DNA of 62,820 nucleotides, counting the filler, from Globobulimina sp. (Eukaryota): NCBI GenBank assembly GCA_003354225.1. It is 27 parts of 27 records of this genome, joined end to end, with 100 filler letters (N's around TTAATTAATTAA, not from the genome) between each part and the next. Parts side by side here need not be neighbours in the genome. Positions count along the whole stretch, not along the records: positions 25,649 to 27,879 come from PIVH01008028.1; positions 27,980 to 30,210 come from PIVH01008029.1; positions 30,311 to 32,540 come from PIVH01008030.1; positions 32,641 to 34,870 come from PIVH01008031.1; positions 34,971 to 37,200 come from PIVH01008032.1; positions 37,301 to 39,530 come from PIVH01008033.1; 21 more parts are not named here. One strand, written 5' to 3'. Positions 25,649-38,334 of the stretch are shown here, one piece after another (position 1 is the first letter of the stretch; each line of letters begins with the position of its first letter). The notes under the pieces are model-generated. The model worked only from the letters and a program-made list of their open reading frames with translations. It searched no databases and was not told where the DNA came from. The translations under genes were made by a program, and so were the position numbers.

Positions 25649-26605
25649 AATAGATGGCATCAAATAAAAGATATGAAAATAAAAAATATTTTTTCTGCAC
25701 CTGGATCATCTCATTCATTTTGTATTTCAAATGAGAATAAATTATATGCTGTCGGCTCAAATAAGTGTAATCAGTTTGGTATACAAACAAATGACGAATA
25801 TAATAGTAAATGGATACCAATTAATACATCATTATCGATTCAAAAAGTAGCCACAGCATCAGAATATACAACATTTTTAAGCACAAATGGTAAAATATAT
25901 GTTTCTGGTTATGATGATGGTGATGGTGGTTTAGGATTAGGTGAAGATATTGAATCATCGCCAAATATTCAAGAAATTCCAATAAAAATAAAATTTAAGG
26001 ATATATCTTGTGGATGTTTACATACCTTAGCAATTGATGATAATTATGGTGTTTGGTCTTGGGGACGTGGTGATGTGGGTTTAGGTCATGGAGATGGTAA
26101 TGATAGATATTTGCCAACAAGAATACAATATTTTATTCAAAACAATATTAAAATTGGTAAAATATGTTGTGGTGATTGGCATAATATATTATTATCACTA
26201 AATAATAAAGTTTTGTTCTTTGTGTTAATTTATTTTTACAAATATATTTTAATAAATAACAAGGTATATTTTTTTGGAATGAATAACTTGTATCGATGTC
26301 GTGATGGTTCAATTAAAACTGTATATTTACCACAACCAAATGAAACATTAAAAAAGGAAACAATTATTGATATTAAATGTGGTGCAAATCATAATATTGT
26401 TAAAACAGCGGATAATAAATTTTATTTATGGGGATATAATAAATATAATCAATGTTTATATGTTCATAAATATAATCAATGTTTATGGCCATTATATATT
26501 AAGAAACCATTATTATTTAATTCAAATTATTTTGATAAAGATCAAAAAATACTTGAAATGTATCCTGGATGTCATGAAACACGAATAATAATTGGAAACA
26601 TTTAA
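25649..26605 (+). CDS. RCC1-repeat beta-propeller protein, 5' partial
   Basis: ISCGCLHTLAID...VWSWGRG...LGHG, ICCGDWHNILL, IKCGANHNIV...YLWGYN. Confidence 0.9.
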   Translation, partial: NRWHQIKDMKIKNIFSAPGSSHSFCISNENKLYAVGSNKCNQFGIQTNDEYNSKWIPINTSLSIQKVATASEYTTFLSTNGKIYVSGYDDGDGGLGLGEDIESSPNIQEIPIKIKFKDISCGCLHTLAIDDNYGVWSWGRGDVGLGHGDGNDRYLPTRIQYFIQNNIKIGKICCGDWHNILLSLNNKVLFFVLIYFYKYILINNKVYFFGMNNLYRCRDGSIKTVYLPQPNETLKKETIIDIKCGANHNIVKTADNKFYLWGYNKYNQCLYVHKYNQCLWPLYIKKPLLFNSNYFDKDQKILEMYPGCHETRIIIGNI

Positions 26606-27038
26606 ATGAAGATTAAAACAAAGTGACATCCATTTTTGTATTCGTTTGTTGTTGTTTCAATTATGAGATAGCAAATCATTTTTTGTATTTGTTGTATAGC
26701 AAATCAACACATTTTAAATATTAAAAATACAATAATAGTTTTTAAGGCAGTGTTTCAAATAACAAAGGCAGTGTTTCAAAAACGAACAGTGGATAATGTT
26801 ATTTTGATGTTATTTTGCATATACTTTACAACATTCCTTTTTGAAACATAATTTATTTGGAAATATTGAAATTTGCTTAATTGTATATCTGATCGCGCAC
26901 TGTAGACACAACTATTGATCGATCAATAATTTCATTTGAGAGTTGTCTGAAAACACATTGCAACTGATAGAAATTGGATCGGAATTTGGTTTAAGAATAT
27001 GAAGTTATGAACTGCAAAACTGCAAAAGTAATAAAAAA

Positions 27039-27879
27039 TCAATAGAGTGTTTGCTGCACATCGACACAAAACCGTTTGTGATCGAACCTCTTCCAATCCA
27101 TTTTTTGACATCGTCGGGAACAATAAAATGTTAATTTACATCCTTTGCAAACATAAAATTTCCGAATGACTTTTGGTAAACGTCGATCCGAAATCTTTTT
27201 CAATTTTAAATGATCGATACCAAATTTATGTTTTATATATCTTTTTTTGCACAATTTATTTTGACATTTTGCATCATCATAATATATAAAATATTTCAGG
27301 AATGTTTTTTCTTGGATAACACTCTTTGATTCGATCAATAATTCTTTGGTCTGCTTGAAATTAATAATTCCTTTATACTGTGAATAATTAACTTCATCCA
27401 TTGCTCGTTGGATATATACTTTATTCCGATATTTTTTTCTAAATTTCGCATTATGTATCATCAAATTCAGAGCAATCCAATTGGCATAAGTTTCGCGTGC
27501 ATTTATATCCTTATTCAGCAAAAGCCCTTTAATGAAAAACTGAAATGGCATTACAATAAAAGCATGCCATGAATTGTTGCCAAATGCATCGTTATATTTT
27601 ACTTGCTTTAATCTCATTATCCATTTTAAATGGCAAGGTTTGGCACACAAAGACAGTAAAACATCTAATATGGTTTCCCAAAGAATGAGCATGTCACCTT
27701 TTGGCAAAGTACTGTCTGTTAACGAAAATATAGCAGCTATTGTTATTTTAAAACAAGATGTAAATAAATGTTTATTTCTTGAAATTGAATAATAAATTTG
27801 AGGATGACCAATAATCTGTAAAATGACGTGTAAACATTTAACGGGATTAGGATTAACACAAAAACGTTCAAAGATTTTT
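27039..27879 (-). CDS. MYND zinc-finger protein, 5' partial
   Basis: C-terminal CQNKLC...CKGCKLTFYCSRRCQKMDWKRFDHKRFC. Confidence 0.85.
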
Positions 27880-28360
27880 NNNNNNNNNNNNNNNNNNNNN
27901 NNNNNNNNNNNNNNNNNNNNNNNTTAATTAATTAANNNNNNNNNNNNNNNNNNNNNNNNNNNNNNNNNNNNNNNNNNNNATGTGGAATAGTTCAACATTA
28001 GTTTGGTCAGATAATCACAAGTCATTATCATGTGAATCAATACACGAATTTCTAAATGCAAAACTAAATGCACCGCATACATAAAATAAACAGGAAAAAC
28101 AATACATTGATTGCGTTACATTGCATTTTGTAGAAGTTCTGTTATGATTAATGTGTAGATTCCCATGAACAAATGCATGACAGTAATTATTATAAATATA
28201 CAAACTGTAACGACGTATAAATTGAGTGTCTGCATCTTGCTGTTTCCTTTGAGCTTTTGTTTGTTTTTTTATATGATGCTCCAATAAATATGTAGTTATC
28301 TTGGCATAAGATTAATGTATTTTCTATTCAGGTTTTCTCTCACTGTGTTCACTGTTACTA

Positions 28361-29353
28361 ATGAACACGTTCGAAGAGGGTGAAATAAAAGAAGCCATTC
28401 CAAATGACGCAGACGGCAAAGTCCATTGGAGCGGTACATTTACATGGAAATGTAACGAGAAATTTGTGCAAAAAATAACCAAAGCTAAACATTCGCAAGC
28501 ATTTGAATCAAAAATATTTGAGATAGGTCAAATCCAATGGTTTCTGCGCTTGTATCCAAATGGCAGTGGCAAAAACAATATGGGCTTTGTCAATTTATTT
28601 CTTTATTTACGTGAAGTGCCCCACAATTTGTCTAAATTACGCGTAAAATATTCAATATTGTGTCGCGAGACTGATACAAATTGGAATCATATAAAAGATT
28701 ATAAAGTAAATGCAATGGGCTCCGGATGGTCCAATCATAGGTTATCGAGAGATAAATTGTTCAAATTCGCATCGTTTAGTTTTAAAATAAATGTAGCGAT
28801 TCTTCAGAAATATGATAAACGGAACAATATAATTCCATTTATTCCGCCCGTCCCATTGGTTAAAGCCAAAGGAAAAAAAAGTATAAAAATGAATAATTCA
28901 ATCATTCCAATACCAGTACGTGTGCCCGATATAAATGAGAATCATATGAATCATAACAATGATATACAAGAAATAAAGAGATCTATCCATTCATTAAAAT
29001 CGCAGATGCAGGAAATACAAATTACGGTCGATAATATAATGACAAATGTGGATAATATGGAGGATAATAATAATGACACAAATCAGTTAATATTTGAGAT
29101 GTTAAAAGAGATAAAAAATGATATTTATCAATTAAAAAATGGAATGGATAATGAAAAGCAAATATCGGTACAAAATTGGTTGAAAAATATTGGATTTGCA
29201 GAGTATTATCCATTGTTTGTAAATAAAGGATATGAGAATATGACACTCCTTAAAGATATAAAGAAAAATGAATTTCAGAGTATACAATTCGAGCAAGAAA
29301 ACGATGGATTATTGATATGGATCGCGATTCAATCTTTCAAGAGTTTGAGATGA
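28361..29353 (+). CDS. MATH domain, coiled coil and SAM domain protein
   Basis: FTW...FESKIFEIGQIQWFLRLYPNG...FVNLFL (MATH); SVQNWLKNIGFAEYYPLFVNKGYEN (SAM). Confidence 0.85.
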   Translation: MNTFEEGEIKEAIPNDADGKVHWSGTFTWKCNEKFVQKITKAKHSQAFESKIFEIGQIQWFLRLYPNGSGKNNMGFVNLFLYLREVPHNLSKLRVKYSILCRETDTNWNHIKDYKVNAMGSGWSNHRLSRDKLFKFASFSFKINVAILQKYDKRNNIIPFIPPVPLVKAKGKKSIKMNNSIIPIPVRVPDINENHMNHNNDIQEIKRSIHSLKSQMQEIQITVDNIMTNVDNMEDNNNDTNQLIFEMLKEIKNDIYQLKNGMDNEKQISVQNWLKNIGFAEYYPLFVNKGYENMTLLKDIKKNEFQSIQFEQENDGLLIWIAIQSFKSLR

Positions 29354-29462
29354 TGAGACTTTAAATAAATCATTTTTGTGTCAAAAAACAATTATACTTT
29401 ATACAGAAACAGTTTTCCGCAAACCAACAGTTTTCCGCAAACGAACAGTTTTGTGAAGCAGA

Positions 29463-30210
29463 CTATAATGCATCAATAAAGTGTTCATTTTCATTGCTCT
29501 TTGCAAGTTTAGATTTTTTACTTTTTCTGCTTTCAACATATTTTACTTTTGTTTCTTTAATACTATCATCCACTCTTTTAAACTCCATAATTTTCCTATA
29601 TTGCAGACCGTCGCGTTTTGCTTTTTGTATTTGGTACGTGCAATATACCAATAATACGGACGTTAACAATGTAAAATATATTATAACATATGATTTTATC
29701 CATGATTTTGGTCGAGATTGTGAAGAGATTCCAGGCATAAAAATAGATGTTTCATTTGCATGTACAACAATACCATCAGTATCAGTTTTGTTTTCATTCA
29801 TTACAATCTCATCTGTTTCATTTTTAATCGCCAACAAATCACAATCTATATCATCAAATACCCCCAACCGCAAATTATCAACATCATAAACAATCAATTT
29901 ATTAAACATCACATTCGAGCCAACCAGCACTGACTGTACATCACCAAACAAATCCAAACAAATATGTGTCCCTTTAAACAACAGATATTTTCCCGCTGAA
30001 ATTCTGAATTCAACAGGTTCTTTTTGATCAGCTGCATCCCACAACATCACAATGTCAGGAAATAAGTGCATATAATCTGTCTCAAATACCTTCCATTCAG
30101 AAACAGTAAATATTGTTTCTCCATTCCATTGCAAAAAATAGTCATAGTTTCGTGAGTGATCAGCAATCCATTCGAATGCATATGCATTGTCAACAAGCTC
30201 CAATATGCTA
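29463..30210 (-). CDS. Membrane-anchored aspartic protease (A1 family), C-terminal part
   Basis: FPDI...FRISAGKYL...ICLDLF...LVGSNVMFNKLIVYDVDNLRLGV, followed by a TM helix. Confidence 0.75.
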
Positions 30211-30310
30211 NNNNNNNNNNNNNNNNNNNNNNNNNNNNNNNNNNNNNNNNNNNNTTAATTAATTAANNNNNNNNNNNNNNNNNNNNNNNNNNNNNNNNNN
30301 NNNNNNNNNN

Positions 30311-32540
30311 GTCCGCAGGAAATCGGGCATGACTCTGTCGACGATGACTACAAAGCGATGCAGCCGATTTATAATGACCCGCACAACGACGATGAGCTGC
30401 AAGTGTTGGGTATGTCGAATGCGTTGCAAAGGGAGAAAGTTAAGAATAAGAACAAAAACAACAACAAAAGTCGGAGATATTCCTATTGCGACCCCAATGC
30501 GGGCGGTTTTTCCTTTGCGGAATTGCCGAAGGTTGCGGTCAAAGTGAAGGAGAAGCTGCGGGTCGAGGATGATATGAGTTTGTTGCAGGCGGTGAGCGGT
30601 TTGGAGGATATCTTGAATGGCAATATTAAGCAGAAAGTGGTGCCGCAGGCTGGTGATCAGGATATGTTGAAGGCGAATGCAGCGAGACGCGACTCGATAG
30701 GTAAGGTTTTCTGTCAATGTGTGCCTGTTACAGCATAATTGCGCATATTGTTTGATTGAAAACATAAAACCAAACAGGTGCAGGTGATAGCAGTGGGAGC
30801 GTGGACGTGGAGGGGATATTTGGCGTCGATGGAGACCGGGAAAAGGCCGCAAGGTATGATACGAACGAAATTGTGAAAGCTTGTTGGAAATTGTTGGAAC
30901 GCAAAGTGAGGAAGCAGCCCAAAATCAAATTTAATGAGTTGATATCGACACATGCGTCTGGTTGGAATTTAGATGATAATGTTATAAATGCGTTACGTGG
31001 CGAATATAACCAGACCATTGTGGATATTTTCCAAAATTGCTTGGAGAGTGAGCTGCGGGATAAGACTGATCAAACCGCAGTGGATATCGATATTAACTCT
31101 GGACTGGACACTGCCACACAAAAGAATGTCTGGGCTCAGCTGGACGAGAATTTGCGCAGTTTGTACAAGTCGCAGAATGTGAAAGCTATCCATTTTGTGG
31201 CGAAAGTGTTTGCGGATGAATGTAAAGACGGCGATGCCGAACAAAAAGCAAAATGTTTGAGCATTTTGAACCAGAATAGTAATAATTTAGTGCGCATTTT
31301 GAAAAGTGATCGGAAAGGGTTTATTAACGATATCACGCGCATTTTGTTTGCAGTGGTCAAAGGTTGTCAGCTTATCAACGATGACGAGATGGACATTGAT
31401 GTCGATATGGAGTCCAAAGTTGATATTGATGTCGTTTTTGGTGCATTTGGTTATGGCTTTATTGACGAATATATGTATTCGTTGATAAAATATCAAAAAT
31501 CGCACTCCGAGACGATAAAAATGATGATGTTGTTGGCCAAATCGTGCGTTGTGTATCAGTTGATTGGTTGTAACCGCATGTTGGAGATAATGGATCGATG
31601 GAATATTTTAAAATTATTAAAAGTGCAAAGTATATTTAGTAACAGCAACAGTAACAAGAAAATGGAGCAGGATGATGAGGAGGAGGGGGAGCAGGAAATG
31701 AGTGCGTCGATATTGTTAAGCATCGAAGTGTTGCGATTGGTCAATATTTTGACGACTGGAATAAGTTCATACCGCAATGTGACAAAGCTGCAGAAAGATT
31801 GCATCGACGATATCCAGCAAAATACGTCGAATTATATGCTGAGAGGCTTCCCATTGGATTTGTTGTATAATGTAATAAGCGGTGTTTTGAAATATAATTT
31901 ATTATCCATACCGAGGCCGAATATAATTTTATTCGAATTATGCTGCAATATCTTAACCAATGCAGTGAGCATCAACGAGCCGATTATTTTGAAGATATTG
32001 GATGTGTCGTATAAGCGGTCCAAGCGAGTGATTTATTTATTGCATAAAACATATACGGAGTTAATCAGTGGCAAAAAGAGGAGGAAAGCGGCGGAATCCA
32101 GTTCTTCGGACGATTCTTTTTATAACAATGACAGCGACGGAATGGGCAGTCCGCGAGCGAGGTTGAAGCAAGTTATCCAGCCCTATGAGTTTAAGGTAAT
32201 ATTCTCTGTTTTATGTACAAATATTATGTTGAATGCAAGGATCCGTTCAAAACTTACAGAGCCATATTTGTGTAGCTTGCAAAAGACGATTTCGTCACTA
32301 ATAATATGCCTAATATGTTCTACACATTTTGAACGACCCTCTCTTCAATGTTCCACTTTGCAAACTTACATGTTTTGGCCAAATAATTTCAGAATTTCGA
32401 TGATGCGTCGTACGAACCGTACGGCATTGAATTGGATGTATCGCAACGCGAAGATCCAAAGAATTTGTCCAATATTGATTGCAGAGAGTCCATTGGAGAC
32501 ATTTTATTGCGATATCTCGAAAGAATGGCAAATAACAACA
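30311..32540 (+). CDS. Large helical protein, internal fragment with introns (e.g. about 30701-30783)
   Basis: Long ORFs at 30358 and 30801 separated by a GTAAGG donor and a candidate CAG acceptor; no specific motif. Confidence 0.5.
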
Positions 32541-32640
32541 NNNNNNNNNNNNNNNNNNNNNNNNNNNNNNNNNNNNNNNNNNNNTTAATTAATTAANNNN
32601 NNNNNNNNNNNNNNNNNNNNNNNNNNNNNNNNNNNNNNNN

Positions 32641-32961
32641 TCGAAAACAGTGCTATTTATAAGTAACGATTGAATGTTAAATGGGAGCAAAAGTCGAACA
32701 GAATATGCATACAAATCAGTGCTTGATTGTGAAAGCAGCATTGGCGGAATAGATTTTGTTTTGTTATTTCGTTGTTTCATTTTTTGTGCTTTTGAAGAAA
32801 TCTGTTTTCTTTGAATTTGATTGTTGTCACCATTTTTACGCAATATTCTATCGACAAGATCACTTTTCGTCTCCTTCCATTTCGGGTTGACCTTATATTT
32901 TTTGATCAATTTTTTTTCTGACAATTTGAGTAAATCTGTTTTTCTCAGTGGAGCAGCCATT
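32641..32961 (-). CDS. Hypothetical protein with a small basic helical N-terminal domain, 3' partial
   Basis: LLKLSEKKLIKKYKV...TKSDLVDRIL resembles a SAP or Rho-N-like helix pair. Confidence 0.4.
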
Positions 32962-33132
32962 ATGAACGTCAGAAAACATTCTAGAGATGGCAACAGTTAA
33001 TATCAGCTACTAGTACTAGTAGTAAACAATAAGTAAAGCGTACGAAAATAATCTGTAGCTGCAAGATATGACACTCACCTTATTAATAGTTTAATTATCA
33101 TAATTCCGACCCACAAATAAACCCAAAAACAG

Positions 33133-34340
33133 ATAAAATCAAAACGTATCTTTATTCAATCATATTCATTGCAATACAAACCAAATACTGATGCGAATTG
33201 GACGGATATTTACATGGCAAGCAAAGGATTGTTATTACATAATAACATCACACAATTAAAAGGCTCAACAGATTATCAATTTAGGATCAATTCATTCAAT
33301 TCTTTTTTTACATCAAATTGGAGCAAAATACTGGATATCACTACAAAACCACCAATGTTACCATTACCACCGTCTGCTCCATTTGTAATTGATGTGACTC
33401 TCTCAAAAGCAGATAAAACAAAAACAGTTAATTTAAGCATCGCATTTAAACCAAGTTCAGATGGTGGAGCATCCATTGATTTTTATTCTGTATTTTATCA
33501 ATTATTAAATGAGCAACAAAGTGAATGGAAACCATTTTGTAAAATTACATCGAATGAAATACAAACAATTTCTGCATTGGACGTATTAAATTGTACCAAC
33601 GCAATCAAAATAGAGCAAGTAAATAAAATTTATATGTTTAGTGTTACTGCAACAAATTATGTTGGAACTTCATCAAAATCAACAATAACACCATGCTTTA
33701 TTCCGCCAATTGCTTCCCTCCAATATTATAAGTGTGAAATCCAAGATGTTCCCTCAAAAATGGCAAATTCATCACTATCATTAATTGTATCGCCATCTGA
33801 AATTGATATGACATGGTTGCCCCCTTCGAGTGATACACCAATATTATATTATGAATTGCAAAGAGATGGTTGGGGGGAGATGAACCATTGCATACAGTGT
33901 CAATTCCAAACAAAGGATTATCACTTTATGCACAAATAACTCACTTAGAGCCTGGCTCGCCGTATCAGATTAGAATAAGGGCAGTGAATAAAGTTGGTGC
34001 CGCTGAATGGAGTGACTTATTAATTGTTACAACTGTCGAGACTGAGAAATGTGGAAATTATAAAGATGAGAGACATTTGTTGGACATGTCTCATTCAAAC
34101 ATGGTACCAATATTCCTTTCTTGTCAGTTTGCAAGAGATTGTGAAAAATGTATTGCAAATAAACTTGAAAAAGATTATGATTTAAGTGATGGCTGCTCGA
34201 CCTGTGCCGCACAGAATGTATATTGTCATGGCACTGACTGTTTGAAACAATGTATAAAAGGCCAGCAATCAGATAAATGTAAAGTTTGCGGGGAGCATTG
34301 TGATCGTCAATTCGATAAATGCGCTGGAGGATCTTTTTGA
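33133..34340 (+). CDS. Fibronectin type III repeat protein with a Cys-rich C-terminus; frameshift in a G6 run at 33872-33877
   Basis: LKGSTDYQFRINSFN, DGGASIDFYSV, YMFSVTATNYVGTS, LEPGSPYQIRIRAVNKVGAAEWS. Confidence 0.85.
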
Positions 34341-34582
34341 GCCAAGACCTGATTTTACAGCCTGTAACTAATAAATTATATAATTTAAATTAAATTTCAC
34401 CAACAAATTTTGTAGTAAAATTAAATTGGAATCATTCATAAATATACGCCAATCTTAAGCACTTTAAAACAAGAAGAAAGCTCCTGTGATATTAACACCT
34501 CTTTCCAAACATGCAATACTTTCTTCTTTTTTTTTATTTTTAGTTTTTTTTTAGATTGAAATTAAAAATCTTTTTGTTGGCG

Positions 34583-34672
34583 GAATAAATCAGACAATTT
34601 AAACATATTTCATTTGGTATATTTTTTGATACGTATTACGTACACAACACCACTAAATTGTCTGATTTATTC
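34583..34672. repeat. Perfect 19-bp inverted repeat with a 52-nt spacer
   Basis: GAATAAATCAGACAATTTA (34583-34601) and TAAATTGTCTGATTTATTC (34654-34672). Confidence 0.8.
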
Positions 34673-35175
34673 AAAAGGCAGAAGTGGATTTAGTGGAATA
34701 ATTAAGAAAAAACTGGTTGGTAGTCATATCGGGAAAAAAACAAAAATAAAGAATCTCCTTCAGAATGTGGAGAGAGGTAGCTAATGACAGCTAGAATATG
34801 AGAAATAAATTCCTCAAACAAAGTGTCTATAGCGCGATCATCGAAACGCATCCATCAATTTCAAAAGCGANNNNNNNNNNNNNNNNNNNNNNNNNNNNNN
34901 NNNNNNNNNNNNNNTTAATTAATTAANNNNNNNNNNNNNNNNNNNNNNNNNNNNNNNNNNNNNNNNNNNNGTATTACAGATAGTAAACAATTAAGTAAGT
35001 TTGTCAAGTAAAGTTGTAAAATGTTAGTGAACTGTGTGAGAAAAGTTGTAAAATCTTAATAATCAAAAAGTGTGAGTGTATTTTCTGTTTGAACTTTCTA
35101 AAGCTATTAACACATAGAATGAGTCTCTGATACATCAACACAAGAAATGAAAGAAATGAAATATTACGGATTCAA

Positions 35176-37200
35176 TTGCCTCTGCAGGAAAATAATGAGA
35201 ACAATAATTTATCACAGGATCCACTGAGTAATGCCGCTTTTTTTACACAAATACATAAACAACACACAGATACAAATGATTATAATATTTCTAATAACAA
35301 TGAGATTGATGTTGCAATGGATGAAAGTGCACAAAGTGATGATTTGTTATTGGCATTGGGTCAAATTGGTCGAACCGAAGAAATTGTGAAAATGAATAAA
35401 AATAATAAATTGAAAAAGAATGCGCATTTTGATTATGATTTTATGTCTCAAATAACGCAGACAGCTCACTTTCCAACTATTGATCCAATATCGTCTGCAT
35501 CAAAAGTACGATTCTCCCAAACACCACCACCAATATCACGGGTACCCATAAAATCGCGTATCTGTTCACACAAATCGCTATCAACCACACCAAATATAAA
35601 GAAGTCACACAAATCCATTGCAAACAAATCAAAAACAACCAGTAAAAAAAGAAAATTTAAACCGCCTCGAATTATAACAAATGGACCATTTCCAAGAACT
35701 GTGTCACCAAAAAAACATAGATCCAATACCAAAATAAACAAAAAAACGTTTAAAATTCCGAGAATGACTAAATTTGCAGCTACAGCACGCAAACCAATCA
35801 CTAAAACAAACAAGAAAATGTCCAAAAAAACTGCAGATTTTGATAAATTTCTACTCGGTTAAGCTAATTACTTACGTACACATTTTTTTTTTTTTACAAT
35901 GGTTATATGTAAAGGTATGGATTTGGACGAAAATAAAAATGAAGAAAATGGATTTGGTTTTGCTAAAATACCAATACAACATAATGACAAACAAGAAATG
36001 GATGTAGATATAAATGAGAAACCAACAGAAACCTCTGGCTTCGTCAAGGCATCGCATAGGAAAAGCACCGCTAAACACAAAAATAATGCAAATAAGTATA
36101 GAAGTCAGATACGGAAACCTTCATTCAATAAAGCAAAATATACGCAAATGATGAAGAAAATGAATACAAGCAATACAACATCGAAAATAGATGAATTTGA
36201 CACTTGTATGCAATCATCATTTCATACTGCAAAAAATAAGCAAAACTCTCCCATTAATTGTATCAAACCGGCTTCATCCCACAAAACCCCATCATTCCAC
36301 AAAGCAAATAAAGTTAGAAATGATGTAATTTCTGCACAGCATATGACTGTTCACAATAAACCGCCCGAAACGCCTTCATTTCAGAAAGCAAATATCGCTG
36401 AAAACGCAGTCATTTCTATACCACCATTCCCCAAAGCAAATAAAATTGAAAATGCTGCAATTCCCACAACAGAAAATGCCGTAACTTCCTTATCCCAAAC
36501 GACATGCGCAAATTCAGCAAAATGCGATGACAAATCGCAAGAGGACCCATACGCAGCATTCATGGATGCAATTCCTGCGTATTGCGAGAGTCAAATCTAT
36601 GATGATCCCAATAACAACAACAATGATCTTTTATTTGAAACGCCAGCAAAAAACCACAACAATACCACTGACATTGCACTTGGAACACCTGTCCAGGTCC
36701 CACCACATAACAACTCACAAAGACCGCCCTTACAAAGTATCGACGATAATAACCATTCAATGCAGGAGCCAACGCCAACAGAATTGGATGCGATGACACC
36801 GGCAGAATATCTACGATACAAAACTAGCTTAACATCGCCAGCCATTCAACCCGAAACCAAGTCCATTGCCAGTGCCTATACCTTATTATACAGAAATATC
36901 CCTTCCTCACATCCCAATTTATCTGCGTCCAAAAACCCAAAATCAAGGGCAAAGTTAGCAAATTTCTCCTTCATTTTGGACAAATTAAAAGTTGGCAATC
37001 AAAGTGGTGCAGCAAACACACCGCAAATACGCAATAAACATGCTTCATATTCGTCGTTTACAAAAGCAAAGAATCATGGAAATAATAATAATGAGTATCG
37101 AAGAGCGTCCATGCCGACTATGCCGAAATTAATTGCGCCGAGCACCAATGCAGTGGTTCGACAAAGAGCAGCGCAAAAAAATCGAATGGCAAAGCTCGCG
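35176..37200 (+). CDS. Large intrinsically disordered protein; intron about 35858-35914; 3' partial
   Basis: Two consecutive long ORFs separated by GTTAAG...AAAG; start codon uncertain. Confidence 0.55.
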
Positions 37201-37536
37201 NNNNNNNNNNNNNNNNNNNNNNNNNNNNNNNNNNNNNNNNNNNNTTAATTAATTAANNNNNNNNNNNNNNNNNNNNNNNNNNNNNNNNNNNNNNNNNNNN
37301 AGAAAATGGCAGCTAAAGATAAATTACAAGAAGAAAAATCTCATGATTATGATTATATTTCTCCAGCAGCTCAAGAAGGTCATGAAGAAACATATGAAAG
37401 ATATTGTGAACTTCAGAGTGACAATAGTAAATTACGCAAACAAATACAAGATCTTGAAAATTCTAAAGTTATTCTCCAAACAGATTTAAATAAAAGTAAA
37501 GCGAAGCTCTCTAAGTGGCAAGTAGATTGTCATAAT

Positions 37537-38180
37537 TTAAATGAACAATATTGGATAAATGTTAAATGTTGAGCATGAGAAAATATTTTATTTCTCGTCC
37601 AAATGCAAGGATAGACGAGGAATTGCCAAACCAATTGTTATTTGCTATTGCAATGTGATTTTAAGGGAGTAACTCAACCTCGCCATCATCATTACTGCAC
37701 AGCCATTGACCGTAGCGCGGTATTATTGGGGAGCAACTCAACACAAACGCCCACAAACGTGCCTTACAGGGAGCAACTCAAACTACGGATGCACCACCAA
37801 CCCGTACATACAATAACTTCATATCATTCGGGAGAAGGACGCCATGCAACCGCTTCGTAATTTAAATGAACAATGAATCTATGTAAATATCACGCAATTC
37901 AATATTGGATCAATGTTAAATGTTTATTTCTCGTCCAAGTGCAAGGATAGATTGTCAGTTGCCATTGCAATGTGATTTTAAGGGAGTAACTCAACCTCAC
38001 CATCAACATTACTGTACAGTTATTGACCGTAGCCCGGTATTATTGGGGAGCAACTCCACTCAAACGCCCACAATGGTCAATATTAAGGTGTATTGCAATC
38101 TACGTGCCTTACAGGGAGCAACTCAACCTAACGGACGCACCACCAACCCATACATACAATAACTTCATATGATTTGGGAG
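37537..38180 (+). repeat. Diverged ~320-bp direct duplication with six GGGAG(C/T)AACTC(A/C)A motifs
   Basis: Units begin at about 37537 and 37862; motifs at 37665, 37729, 37769, 37982, 38046 and 38114. Confidence 0.8.
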
Positions 38181-38334
38181 AGGAACACAATAATACGTAC
38201 TAATTTAATTTTATATTTAATAGTGTTGGGTCAGATTGAATGTTGACTAGAAGAAGGACGCCATGATGTATTGATTGAAAGGGAGTGATTGAGTGAAAGT
38301 TTTTTTAATCATCTAAAAAACATTCTTTTTGCAA

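Noticed and set aside
29408-29452. Short tandem repeat AACAGTTTTCCGCAAAC between convergent genes
   Set aside because: About 2.5 copies of 18 bp; ordinary local slippage, as at 26745-26780 and 51122-51158.
37665-38127. CRISPR-like array
   Set aside because: Repeats are only about 13 bp, spacing is irregular, the spacers are themselves duplicated, there are no cas genes, and the context is eukaryotic.
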